Shown here in pieces: positions 16,348 through 25,608 of a DNA stretch of 48,447 nucleotides (position 1 is the stretch's first letter; each line of letters starts with the position of its first letter). The notes under the pieces were generated by a model. It had not been told where the DNA came from. It searched no databases and saw only the letters and a list, made by a program, of their open reading frames with translations. The stretch is from the NCBI GenBank assembly GCA_000993025.1, contig LBVJ01000023.1:1-48447 (forward strand). The letters are read 5' to 3'. The DNA comes from Candidatus Woesebacteria bacterium GW2011_GWA1_38_8. Its GTDB lineage: Bacteria; Patescibacteriota; Microgenomatia; UBA8517. The translations under genes and the position numbers were made by a program.

Positions 16348-16871
16348 TATTTATTTAAATACCAAACGGAAAGATTTAGAAAAGATGCAAAAGAAACCCA
16401 TGCAAAGTAAGGGATTAGTAGGTATGAAGCTCTTTTGTCGATCTTGGAAAATATTCCGATAAGACGGAAGATCATATACCACAAAATAACTATTACGATA
16501 TAAGCTAATCCCGGACTTTTCATACCAAAAAAAACGATGCTCCAAAGCGAGTTCACGACCAAATGAAGCAAAAATATTTTTACGGGCTTTGAAAACAGGG
16601 GTTTCTGTTTTTTTACAATTAAATAAAGTGAGATCCCCATCATGATATATAGAGTTGTCCATACGGGAGCAAATAGCCAGTTGGGGGGGCTAAAAAATGG
16701 TTTATTAAGACCGGCATACCACGTCGGTATGTTCTTTACCGTGAACGCAGAACCAACACCTCCTGCGAGTAGTGATATTCCAATAGCTGAAACGAGGGTT
16801 ATAAAAGTTTTTAGATCAGTGCGCAATTTTGTAAAAATCCGGCTTTTTGTTTTTTCTGTCTCTTTTACCAT
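16347..16871 (-). CDS. tspO: TspO/MBR tryptophan-rich sensory protein
   Basis: [29 protein letters not shown] and [10 protein letters not shown]; 5 TM. Its stop overlaps the start of the next gene by 1 nt (TAATG). Confidence 0.85.
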   Translation of the reverse strand: MVKETEKTKSRIFTKLRTDLKTFITLVSAIGISLLAGGVGSAFTVKNIPTWYAGLNKPFFSPPNWLFAPVWTTLYIMMGISLYLIVKKQKPLFSKPVKIFLLHLVVNSLWSIVFFGMKSPGLAYIVIVILWYMIFRLIGIFSKIDKRASYLLIPYFAWVSFASFLNLSVWYLNK

Positions 16872-16896
16872 ACAAGGTAAATATACGCTTTACACC

Positions 16897-17826
16897 TTAA
16901 GTTCCAAGTACTATTTCGATCGAAATGTAAGTCAGCCAGAAAATGAAAAGAATAAAACTTTCTTTTTTTGATAAATATTTTTGCGAATTTAGAAAGTAAA
17001 AAAGAAGAAATGATGACACGACCATAAATATTCCTGTTGAATATATAATTTTTTGAGGAAAAGAAAAGGGATTAATGATAGCAATTAAGCCAACGACAAT
17101 GGTAGCGTCAGCCAGTACTGTTCCTAAAATGTCTCCGATTGCCAGCGACTCGTCATTTTTTTTGACCGATTTCAAGGAAAATAATAGTTCGGGCATTGTG
17201 GTTCCTAAACCAACGATCAATATTCCGATAAGAATAGGGCTGATATTCAAATTATATGCAAGTGCCGTTGCAGAAGTAACCGTAAAATGTGAACTAATGA
17301 GAAGGACAAGCATACTTAAAAGAAAAAGAATGGTGTTTTCACTTTTATTTTGCGGATTATCAACAATGGCAGATTTGTGATTGCCGTCCTTGAATGCCAA
17401 ATAGTAAAAAGCAGCGCCGATTATAATTAAGGTTAACCCTTCCAGACGTGTATAGTTTCCATCAAACCCGAGTATTATGGGAACAAGTAGAAAAATCGGA
17501 TAAACGACATTGTTTTTAAGGATCTTACTTTGTATCCGGATTCCGTGCCCGGAATATGCAACCAGAATCGCAAATATCAAAGTCAGATCTGATATATTTG
17601 AACCAAATAACGTTGCCAATCCGAATGCCGGGACATTTTGCACGGCAGCATTAATTGAAATAAATGTTTCGGGAAGGATCGAAATTATGGCAATCACAAT
17701 AAAACCTATGGTATATTTTGACAAATTAAAACTTTCTGCAAGCTTTGACGCATATTTTGAAGCCATTGTTGCACTCTTGATAATAATAAAAATTGAAGTG
17801 ATAAGAATAAATATGTTTTGAAGCAT
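16897..17826 (-). CDS. Ca2+/cation antiporter (CaCA, YrbG-like) family membrane protein
   Basis: Two alpha-repeat-like blocks: GFIVIAIISILPETFISI / GSNISDLTLI and LAIGDILGTVLADATIVVG. Confidence 0.7.
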   Translation of the reverse strand: MLQNIFILITSIFIIIKSATMASKYASKLAESFNLSKYTIGFIVIAIISILPETFISINAAVQNVPAFGLATLFGSNISDLTLIFAILVAYSGHGIRIQSKILKNNVVYPIFLLVPIILGFDGNYTRLEGLTLIIIGAAFYYLAFKDGNHKSAIVDNPQNKSENTILFLLSMLVLLISSHFTVTSATALAYNLNISPILIGILIVGLGTTMPELLFSLKSVKKNDESLAIGDILGTVLADATIVVGLIAIINPFSFPQKIIYSTGIFMVVSSFLLFYFLNSQKYLSKKESFILFIFWLTYISIEIVLGT

Positions 17827-17888
17827 ATATTTTTTAAATATTAACAGTTTAATTAAAGCAGATTGCTGGGGTGATTTACAAGTGAATA

Positions 17889-18989
17889 TTAAATATTTTC
17901 CTTAATATATTGGTGAACACTTTCCCAATTATCAATACCGTCTTTTGAGATAAGAATGTATTGATGGTCGGAACTTTGACTTTCCATAAGCACATTGTCG
18001 GTGGTAAGAGATAATGACTTAATTTCGAAATCGGATAATGTCTCCTGTTCTGAAGCTATTTCCAAAGCGGTTTTAACATCAACGTCGGTCAGAATATTTT
18101 TTGACAGAGTATTAACAGAGGTTAATATCTTTGGTATAGACCCGATCTTTAGTAGTTTATTTTTGACACCAATTAAAAATGCCTGTTGTCTGAGAGCTCT
18201 TCCAAAATCATTGCCGTTTATATCCGAATGTCTGGACCGTACGAATTTTAATGCTGTTTCTCCATCAAGCGCTGCATATCCTTTTTGAAAGTTTAGTGTT
18301 TCGTATCGGCAAGTAAATTCTTTTTCCAAAAGTTGACCTGACATAGTTGCGTGAAGAGACTCTAATTCTTCCTCACTTTTGCCGCAAATATCATTTTCAA
18401 GGCCTTTTATAGGGTAATATTTGTCTTCAAATGAAAATGGGATGTTTACTTCGATACCTCCGAATGAATCGACTATAGATGTAAAACCACTAAAATTTAT
18501 TGCTGCAAAGTTTTCCGGCATTATTCCTGTCACGATCGATATCATTTCTTTGGAAAGTGTTCCTGCTCCGTAAAGTCCTTTGTATTTATCATCTTTATCC
18601 GGGTACTTTTTGTCATCGATACCGATTGCAAATGCGTGATTTATCTTGAAATGCTGAGTACTTTCTTTTGATATAGGAACGGGTACCCAAATGTCTCTGG
18701 GAATGGAAAGAAGTACAATCTTTTTATCTTTTGGATAAATCCTAGCCAGGATGATCGTATCAGTTAACGCGGCGCCGTCGTGATCTCCTCCAGCATAACC
18801 CAGTAAGAGAATATTCCTAATACGGAGTGGATCGGGGGTCGGGGTTGGAGCGGGAGTTGTCTGTTTAGTTCCCGGCGTTGTAACTACAATATTTTTGTAG
18901 ATCCTGAAAAAGTAAGCTATTGTTCCCGAAATCAGAAAAAGCCCGCAAAAAAATAATATCTTAATTATTAAACCAGCTTTTTTTCTCAT
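17889..18989 (-). CDS. LCP (LytR-CpsA-Psr) family cell-envelope glycopolymer transferase
   Basis: NILLLGYAGGDHDGAALTDTIILARI, SIPRDIWV, INFSGFTSIVDSFGGIEV, ALKFVRSRHSD. Start set at Met-27 (MRKKAGLII..., TM anchor). Confidence 0.85.
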   Translation of the reverse strand: MRKKAGLIIKILFFCGLFLISGTIAYFFRIYKNIVVTTPGTKQTTPAPTPTPDPLRIRNILLLGYAGGDHDGAALTDTIILARIYPKDKKIVLLSIPRDIWVPVPISKESTQHFKINHAFAIGIDDKKYPDKDDKYKGLYGAGTLSKEMISIVTGIMPENFAAINFSGFTSIVDSFGGIEVNIPFSFEDKYYPIKGLENDICGKSEEELESLHATMSGQLLEKEFTCRYETLNFQKGYAALDGETALKFVRSRHSDINGNDFGRALRQQAFLIGVKNKLLKIGSIPKILTSVNTLSKNILTDVDVKTALEIASEQETLSDFEIKSLSLTTDNVLMESQSSDHQYILISKDGIDNWESVHQYIKENI

Positions 18990-19281
18990 AACCCGGTAAT
19001 TATATATGAAAATTATCAAATACTCATTCCTGAAATACAAGTATATTTTTTCTAAGGGGCTTGACAATTGTGTGAGTTAAGCATAAAATTCCTTCCTGTT
19101 CGATCTTTTTAATTGACCAAGTAACTGTTTTTATTGATATGATATCTGCCCAAAAATTAACTCTTGCGTCTAATTTCCCGAATAGTATTATTAAATACTG
19201 TTTTCAGTCATATAAGTAAACATTGTTCACCTTCAAATGGAACGTTTGGAGGATTTTTTTTAAGTTACTATTTTATAAATT

Positions 19282-19749
19282 ATGAAAGACAATAAATTAC
19301 AATTGACCAAACAAGGAGTGGAAGCTTTGAAAAATGAGCTCTCTGATTTATTGGAAAAAAAACGTCCTAATTTAGTCGAGAGACTATCAAATGCAAGAGG
19401 GCAGGGAGATCTTTCCGAGAACAGTGATTATCAAAATGCCAAGGATGAACTCGAATTCTTGGATGGAAGGATAGATGAACTTCGGGAGGTCATTAAAAAT
19501 TCGGTCATAATTAAAGATACATCTGCGGATAAGGATACCGTGGGGGTTGGTACAAAGGTGAAACTTCACATTAACGGAAACGAAAATATTTTCGAAATAG
19601 TTGGAGAATGGGAAGCTGATCCTGTAGCAAAGAAGATCTCACACACTTCTCCTTTAGGCCAAGCTTTAATGGGAAAGAAAATCGGCGATGGGGTTGAAGT
19701 GGAAGCCCCAGCAGGGAAACTTCATTACGAGATCATTTCGATAGAGTAA
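19282..19749 (+). CDS. greA: Transcription elongation factor GreA
   Basis: GDLSENSDYQNAKDE acidic tip plus C-terminal S..SPLGQALMGKKIGD. Confidence 0.9.
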   Translation: MKDNKLQLTKQGVEALKNELSDLLEKKRPNLVERLSNARGQGDLSENSDYQNAKDELEFLDGRIDELREVIKNSVIIKDTSADKDTVGVGTKVKLHINGNENIFEIVGEWEADPVAKKISHTSPLGQALMGKKIGDGVEVEAPAGKLHYEIISIE

Positions 19750-19789
19750 TAATACACAGCTTCTTAATTTTGCGATATACTACTTCTTA

Positions 19790-21250
19790 ATGAGCGAACA
19801 AAAACTTGAAGAAATAAGGAATATCCGTTTGGAAAAGATCAAAAAACTTATTGCCCTCGGAATAAATCCTTATCCATCAAAACCCAAAGAAGGGATTGAA
19901 GATATTGCTGATGCTCGTGAGAAATTGGAACAGGATGTAATGGTTGCGGGTCGTGTTATGTCCATTCGCGGACACGGAAACGTCGCTTTTTTTGACCTGA
20001 AGGACGAAACGGGCAAGATCCAACTTTGGTTTCAGAAAGACAAACTTGCCGATTCTTATAAAATTACCGAACTTTTGGATGTTGGCGATATATTGTATGC
20101 CAAAGGGATTGTGACAAAAACAAAAGCGGGAGAGATAAGTATCGATGTAAATGACTTCCAGCTACTTTCAAAGTCTATCCGACCTCTTCCTTCCACATGG
20201 TTTGGATTGAAAGACGTTGAGGAAAGATATAGGCAAAGATATGTAGATTTGATTTTAAACGAAGAGGCTCGAAAGATTTTTGATTTGAGAACAGGGTTAG
20301 TTACGGAAATAAGAAAGTTTATGGATAGTAAGGGGTTTCGGGAAGTGGAAACGCCAATTCTTCAGCCTATATACGGTGGTGCAAGCGCACAACCTTTTAC
20401 GACGCACCATAACGCGCTTGACACGGATTTGTACCTCAGGATCTCTGACGAGTTATATTTGAAACGCTTGATCGTAGGGGGTTACAGGAAGGTCTACGAA
20501 ATAGGACACGTTTTTAGGAACGAAGGTATAGATAGAGCGCATAATCCTGAGTTTACGATGATGGAGTTTTATTGGGCGTATGCAAACTACGAAGATCTGA
20601 TGACCCTGACGGAAGAAATGTTATCAACGATAATTAATAAGTTGACCGGTAGTTATAAAGTGCAACACGAAGATGACCTTTTGGACTTTACGCCTCCTTG
20701 GCCGAGAGTGAAATTTAGAGATCTTTTACTGGAAAAAACCGGAATAGATATTGACGCAACCAGAACAGAAGTTGCTTTAAAGAAAGAGATCAATGGTAGG
20801 AAACTTAAATTTGATTTAAAGGGAGTAGTTGGATATGGGGCACTCTGCGACAAGTTATACAAAGAATATATTCGCCCAAGTTTGGTGCAGCCTCAATATC
20901 TGGTTGATTACCCGTCTGCGATGATAGCGCTTGCAAAAAAGAAAGAAGAGAATCCGCATTATATATCGTCGGTTCAGCTACTGGTAAAAGGATATGAAAT
21001 TATCAAAGCCTACAATGAGTTGAACGATCCGGTCGATCAAAAGGATAGATGGTTGGAAGAGGAGCGTTTAGGGAAAAAGGGATTAGAAGATCATATGGTT
21101 CTGGATGAAGATTATATTAGAGCACTGGAATATGGAATGCCTCCAACAGCAGGATGGGGAATGGGAATAGATCGATTGGTCTCGATTTTAACAAATCAGC
21201 ATTCTTTGAAAGAAGTAATTCTTTTTCCAACCCTCCGCCCGGAAAAATAA
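19790..21250 (+). CDS. lysS: Lysine--tRNA ligase, class II
   Basis: OB-fold N-domain; motif 2 FRNEGID..HNPEFT; motif 3 GWGMGIDRL. Confidence 0.95.
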   Translation: MSEQKLEEIRNIRLEKIKKLIALGINPYPSKPKEGIEDIADAREKLEQDVMVAGRVMSIRGHGNVAFFDLKDETGKIQLWFQKDKLADSYKITELLDVGDILYAKGIVTKTKAGEISIDVNDFQLLSKSIRPLPSTWFGLKDVEERYRQRYVDLILNEEARKIFDLRTGLVTEIRKFMDSKGFREVETPILQPIYGGASAQPFTTHHNALDTDLYLRISDELYLKRLIVGGYRKVYEIGHVFRNEGIDRAHNPEFTMMEFYWAYANYEDLMTLTEEMLSTIINKLTGSYKVQHEDDLLDFTPPWPRVKFRDLLLEKTGIDIDATRTEVALKKEINGRKLKFDLKGVVGYGALCDKLYKEYIRPSLVQPQYLVDYPSAMIALAKKKEENPHYISSVQLLVKGYEIIKAYNELNDPVDQKDRWLEEERLGKKGLEDHMVLDEDYIRALEYGMPPTAGWGMGIDRLVSILTNQHSLKEVILFPTLRPEK

Positions 21251-21293
21251 TAAATGACTATATACGCCTTGAAAGGAACAACCCTTCAAGTAC

Positions 21294-21890
21294 ATGGATA
21301 TGAATAAGAAGGAAGCATTGGAACTGCTGCATAGTAAAATGCAGAATCAGAACCTGCGAAGACATTGCTATGCCGTTGGAGCTGTGATGAAGGCGTTAGC
21401 AAAGCATTTCAGTAAAGGTGAAGTGTCCTCCGTCGCTAAAGCTATGGAGGAGACCTGGGAAATAGTAGGACTTCTGCACGACGGAGATTACGAGGAAACC
21501 AAAAATACTCCCGAACTTCATACTTTAAAAATGATTGAATGGCTGGAGCAGAGGGGTGATATTAAGAAGGAGATTCTTGATGCAATACTTTCTCATAATT
21601 ATGCTCATACAGGTCAGAACCCTCCGAAAAATAATCTGGAATGGTCTTTATACTGTTGTGATGAACTGACGGGTTTAATTGTAGCTGTGGCTTTGGTCAA
21701 ACCCGACAAGAAACTTGCATCTGTTTCATTAGATTCGATTATTAGCAAATGGAAATCGCCGAGTTTTGCTGCAGGAGTAAAAAGGGAACAGATAGAAGAA
21801 TGTCAGCACAGGCTTGGAATTCCGTTAAACGATTTCATTCAAATTGCCCTTACCGCAATGCAATCGATATCAAAAGATCTGGGGTTGTAA
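21294..21890 (+). CDS. HD-domain phosphohydrolase
   Basis: H...LLHDGDYE metal-binding HD pair. Confidence 0.7.
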   Translation: MDMNKKEALELLHSKMQNQNLRRHCYAVGAVMKALAKHFSKGEVSSVAKAMEETWEIVGLLHDGDYEETKNTPELHTLKMIEWLEQRGDIKKEILDAILSHNYAHTGQNPPKNNLEWSLYCCDELTGLIVAVALVKPDKKLASVSLDSIISKWKSPSFAAGVKREQIEECQHRLGIPLNDFIQIALTAMQSISKDLGL

Positions 21891-21959
21891 AGATCAGGTA
21901 GTGAATTTTAAAGGTTGACCCCAAACAAAATTTTATTTAGAATACCTTCATTAACAATT

Positions 21960-22187
21960 TATTAGAGACGTTACAGGTCGGAGCTAAACTTTTGGTTTAG
22001 CCTTTGTTCCCCCGTCCGAGTCGCCTTCGAAAACCATTATTTGGAGTAAGATGAGCCGGGAACTCCCGTTACAGAGTATGCGGTCCGGTGATTGCCGGAT
22101 CCGGAGTTTCGGTGAGTAATTACCGGAAGAATAAAGGTGGCACCGCGATAAAGCTTCACATTTTAATATAAAGCTTCTTCGTCCTTC
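21960..22187 (+). promoter_or_regulatory. T-box leader (tRNA-sensing riboswitch) candidate
   Basis: AATAAAGGTGGCACCGCG (22130-22147) versus the T-box consensus AAnnnGGGUGGUACCGCG. It folds as a canonical antiterminator: A1 AAGG(22134-37)/CCTT(22183-86), 7-nt bulge UGGCACC, A2 GCGA(22145-48)/TCGT(22179-82). Upstream are AGTA...GA...CCGGGAACTCCCGTTACAG (F-box-like CCGTTA at 22066-71) and AGAGA at 22964-minus-1000, i.e. 21964-68. Stem I and the specifier could not be resolved by eye. Confidence 0.5.
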
Positions 22188-22189
22188 AT

Positions 22190-22402
22190 TTGTTTAATTT
22201 AGAAAGCGGGGTGATTATTGTGGCAAATAAAGAAATAAAAGACGGACTGGCATATTGGAATGAATATATGGGAATAAATGATCTCAAGAAAGATGAACCC
22301 AAAGAAGAAATAAATATTGGAACATTACTTGTCGTGAAGGGAAAAGTAGCAAATAGAACTGTTCTGGAAGAAGTTGTATATGACGGTCATGGAGTTGCAT
22401 AA
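22190..22402 (+). CDS. Small hypothetical protein (about 60-70 aa), doubtful
   Basis: ORF directly after the T-box element. TTG start at 22190, or GTG at 22220 preceded by GGGGTGA. No recognisable motif. Confidence 0.3.
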   Translation: MFNLESGVIIVANKEIKDGLAYWNEYMGINDLKKDEPKEEINIGTLLVVKGKVANRTVLEEVVYDGHGVA

Positions 22403-22528
22403 AACATTTCGGATTATCGGAATATAGATAACTAATATCTTGTTTGCTATACTTAGCTTGAATTTGTAAATTATTATTTCGGGCGAAACGTGGTGGTTTT
22501 ATAAATATAAATTCAAATTTTTCCTTAA

Positions 22529-22597
22529 GTCATTCCTGCGCAGGCAGGGATCTATAAAAATATTGACTATATGGATCCCCGATTTCTCGGGAATGAC
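22529..22597. repeat. Pair of inverted 24-nt hairpin modules (MITE/REP-like) upstream of serS
   Basis: Left arm gtcattcc-tgcgcaggca-gggatc (22529-52). The reverse complement of the right arm (22574-97) is gtcattcc-cgagaaatcg-gggatc. The 8+6 nt termini are identical, each core is self-complementary, and the spacer is 21 nt. Confidence 0.6.
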
Positions 22598-22611
22598 AGA
22601 GGTTTTAAATT

Positions 22612-23808
22612 ATGCTTGATCTGAAATTTATCCGCGAAAATGTGGATTTAGTAAAAAAAGGAGTTTCCGTAAAAAACTTCGATGCTTCAATAGTCGACAT
22701 ACTGCTAAAGCTTGATGAGGACAAACGGAAGCTTCAAGCAGAGATCGAGAATTTGAGAGCTGAAAGGAATGTTGCAGCAAAGTCTAAAGATATTGAGAAA
22801 GGAAAGAAAATAAAGGAAGAGCTTCAAAAGAAAGAACCGGAACTGGATAAACTTGAAAAAGAATTACTTTCAAATTTAAACCAAATTCCCAATGTTCCTT
22901 CCGATAAAGCTCCAATCGGAAAAAATGAAAAAGATAATATTGAGGTGAGAAAATGGTCTCCTTCGCAAAATGCTTCGGAAGACCAAAGTGGTGAACCTCG
23001 AAAATTTGATTTTGAACCGAAAGACCATCTTGAACTGGGAACCTCTCTTGGAATTTTGGATTTTGAGACAGGTGCAAAGGTGGCAGGTTCACAGTTCTAT
23101 TTTCTTTACAGAGACGGGGCTTTGTTGGAATTAGCCCTTGTACAATATGCATTTGAAATCCTTTCCAAAGAAGGTTTTATTCCGGTAATTACTCCCGACC
23201 TTGCAAAATCAAGATTTTATCTCGGGACAGGGTATATGCCGAAAGGCAACGAAGCGCAGACTTATGCAATTGAAGACGAAGATTTGGGACTTATTGCCAC
23301 TGCGGAAGTGACATTAGCCGGTAAACATGCAGATGAGGTAATCTCGGAAAAAGATTTACCTTTAAAATATATAGGCTATTCCCATTGTTTCAGAAAGGAA
23401 GCAGGTGCGTATGGTAAGTATTCTAAGGGAATGTATCGGGTTCATCAATTTACTAAAGCAGAAATGTTCATTTACTGTACCCCTGAAGAGTCAGATAAAT
23501 ATCACCAGCACATTTTGGAGATGGAGGAGAAAATTTACCAAGGACTGGGGCTTCCTTATAGAGTTTTGGAAATGTGTACAGGTGATCTCGGAGCTATGGC
23601 AGCTAGAAAATATGATATTGAAGCCTGGATGCCAGGGCGTGGTGAATATGGAGAAGTTACATCAACCTCCAACTGTACCGATTATCAAGCAAGAAATTTG
23701 AATATCAAATTTAAAAAGAAAGATGGTAAGAGTGAATTTGTCCACATGTTAAATGGAACTGCAATTGCAACTTCAAGGACACCATTAGCAATAGTATATA
23801 GAATATAG
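22612..23808 (+). CDS. serS: Serine--tRNA ligase; C-terminus about 25 aa shorter than canonical
   Basis: N-terminal coiled coil; motif 2 CFRKEAGAYG; motif 3 region LNGTAIATSRT. Ends at ...PLAIVYRI*, where homologs continue AILENYQ plus about 20 aa. Confidence 0.9.
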   Translation: MLDLKFIRENVDLVKKGVSVKNFDASIVDILLKLDEDKRKLQAEIENLRAERNVAAKSKDIEKGKKIKEELQKKEPELDKLEKELLSNLNQIPNVPSDKAPIGKNEKDNIEVRKWSPSQNASEDQSGEPRKFDFEPKDHLELGTSLGILDFETGAKVAGSQFYFLYRDGALLELALVQYAFEILSKEGFIPVITPDLAKSRFYLGTGYMPKGNEAQTYAIEDEDLGLIATAEVTLAGKHADEVISEKDLPLKYIGYSHCFRKEAGAYGKYSKGMYRVHQFTKAEMFIYCTPEESDKYHQHILEMEEKIYQGLGLPYRVLEMCTGDLGAMAARKYDIEAWMPGRGEYGEVTSTSNCTDYQARNLNIKFKKKDGKSEFVHMLNGTAIATSRTPLAIVYRI

Positions 23809-23841
23809 AATTTTGTATAAGGGACAAAAAGAATGTAAAAA

Positions 23842-23865
23842 AATAACTATTCCTGAATAGTTATT
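23842..23865 (-). terminator. Intrinsic terminator candidate for copZ
   Basis: Perfect 10-bp stem aataactatt/aatagttatt with a 4-nt loop, followed on the minus strand by a U-run (the A-run at 23835-23841 on +). The stem is AT-only. Confidence 0.4.
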
Positions 23866-24055
23866 TCTCAATCTTGTACCCCAAACCGGAAATAATTTTT
23901 ACGGTTTTTTCCAAGTCGACACTGTCGTCAATTTCTAAAACCTGCTTTGCATAACTGACCCTTGCTTCTATGCCGACATCCTCAAGTTCCGATTCAATAA
24001 GCATTGCACAACTCGGGCAATCCATCCCAATAATTTTATATTTCACTTTGCTCAT
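23861..24055 (-). CDS. copZ: Copper chaperone, HMA domain (CopZ)
   Basis: MSKVKYKIIGMDCPSCA metal-binding motif (GMxCxxC). Start placed at the internal Met. Confidence 0.8.
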   Translation of the reverse strand: MSKVKYKIIGMDCPSCAMLIESELEDVGIEARVSYAKQVLEIDDSVDLEKTVKIISGLGYKIEK

Positions 24056-24210
24056 ATAAAATTCAAATCCTAAATTCGAATTTCTAAATCCGAAACCCTC
24101 CTTCACTTAAGTTTCGGAAGGGCAATGCAAATTACTGCCTGCCACTTCGAAATCCCACTTAGCGGGACGAAGGGCGGTTTAGTATTTCGTGCTTAGAGCT
24201 TAGGATTTAA

Positions 24211-25206
24211 TCATTTGACTACCTCAAATGATCCGGTATACATTCCCATACTGCATGAATAAGCAAGTCGCCCGGTCTTTGTAGGTGTGAATTCAATAAT
24301 TTCCTCTCCTGTTGCCGGTAACACCTTACTGATGTTTAGTCCGGGTACAGTGAATGATCTGGAGCAACTGTAAACGTTATCGGTAATGATCTTTAATCTG
24401 ACTGGTACATCAACTTTTAATGTTGTTACATCCGAAGTATAACCATTATTTTTAACGATTATTGTAGCCTCCTGAAAACCCGACACGACCGCTGCACTTT
24501 TAATCTGAGTGTTTGCGATGTTTCCTGTAATCGCTTTCCAATAGTTTTGCAGGGTATGTGCTGAACCAAGAAGCCCCATTGCACCGTTTAATGAGATTAT
24601 GGCAAATACTGCAATAACTCCGGCTGATATAAAATTAAAAGCTTTATACTTTATAAGTTTGGAAACAGAAATCCCGAGTGCAAAAAAGACAGGTGATGTA
24701 CCAAGTACAAAAGCCAACATTATAAGAGCCGATTGCACCGGGTTCGCCGTACCGAGGGCAACCACCATCATTGCCTGAGTTACTCCGCAAGGCATTAATA
24801 CCGTCAACGCACCCAAGAGTATTGGGGCAAAAAGTGTTCCCGCATTAGTGTTGTTCTTAGCAAGTTTATAAATAAACTTAGGCGGTTGAATGACAAAATA
24901 TCTGAATATCGGGTGAAGATCCAATATCCTTCCCGCCGTTGCTAAAAGAAAAAGACCGATAAATATTTGAAAGACGGCTGATACTTTCGGAGTGAGAACA
25001 AGAAAAGCACCGATATATCCCAAAAGAAAACCAAGAAAAGTATAGGTTAGGGTTTTTGAAATCAAAAAAGTCATCACTAACCCCTTATTGTTTTTTGTAT
25101 TTTCGGTATTTGAGATCGCAGAAGTGAGAAGTCCTCCCTGAACTGCAATACAGGATATTCCTCCCGATGTAAGTCCTGTTAGGAACGCCAGCCATATAGT
25201 GTTCAT
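24211..25206 (-). CDS. TauE/SafE-like (COG2836-type) polytopic membrane protein fused to a C-terminal cupredoxin-like domain
   Basis: N-terminal GGISC and LMPCG membrane Cys motifs. The C-terminal roughly 95 aa (VKNNGYTSDVTTLKVDVPVRLKI...YSCSMGMYTGSFEVV) parallel the stand-alone protein 25605..25964 ([14 protein letters not shown]). Confidence 0.5.
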   Translation of the reverse strand: MNTIWLAFLTGLTSGGISCIAVQGGLLTSAISNTENTKNNKGLVMTFLISKTLTYTFLGFLLGYIGAFLVLTPKVSAVFQIFIGLFLLATAGRILDLHPIFRYFVIQPPKFIYKLAKNNTNAGTLFAPILLGALTVLMPCGVTQAMMVVALGTANPVQSALIMLAFVLGTSPVFFALGISVSKLIKYKAFNFISAGVIAVFAIISLNGAMGLLGSAHTLQNYWKAITGNIANTQIKSAAVVSGFQEATIIVKNNGYTSDVTTLKVDVPVRLKIITDNVYSCSRSFTVPGLNISKVLPATGEEIIEFTPTKTGRLAYSCSMGMYTGSFEVVK

Positions 25207-25243
25207 TAATTGACAAATCTAAAAATTAATAATATCATAATAT

Positions 25244-25260
25244 ATCCCCCCTAGGGGGAT
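25244..25260. promoter_or_regulatory. CsoR-type operator (G/C-tract palindrome) in the divergent cop promoter region
   Basis: ATCCCCCCTAGGGGGAT immediately follows TTGACA (25210-15) and TATCAT/CATAAT (25233-41). A second weaker repeat, AGGGG-N10-CCCCT, lies at about 25267-25288. CsoR operators are known as C/G-tract pseudopalindromes. Confidence 0.55.
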
Positions 25261-25341
25261 TAGTCAAGGGGGTTTTATAGTCCCCTGAACAATAAATACA
25301 ATAATACGAGATAATTTTATTATTAATTTTACATAAATGGT

Positions 25342-25608
25342 ATGAAAAATCCCGATAAATTACAAAAGTCAATAATTCACCGTTTTAAAATTGCGAGCGG
25401 GCATTTGAAAAAAGTTATCAGGATGGTTGAGGCGGGAGACTATTGCATTGACATAGTTCATCAATCTTTGGCGGTTCAGGCTGCTCTTAAAAAAGCAGAC
25501 CAGCTTGTCCTGAAAAATCATTTGGACACCTGCGTTTCGGATTCAATAAAAAAAGGTGAGGGAAAGAAGGCGATAGCGGAAATTATGGAAGTGTTGGAAA
25601 AAACATGA
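25342..25608 (+). CDS. csoR: Copper-sensing transcriptional repressor, CsoR family
   Basis: 88 aa. RFKIASGHLKKVIRMVEAGDYCIDIVHQ...LKNHLDTCV gives the CsoR C-H-C ligand pattern. Confidence 0.85.
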   Translation: MKNPDKLQKSIIHRFKIASGHLKKVIRMVEAGDYCIDIVHQSLAVQAALKKADQLVLKNHLDTCVSDSIKKGEGKKAIAEIMEVLEKT

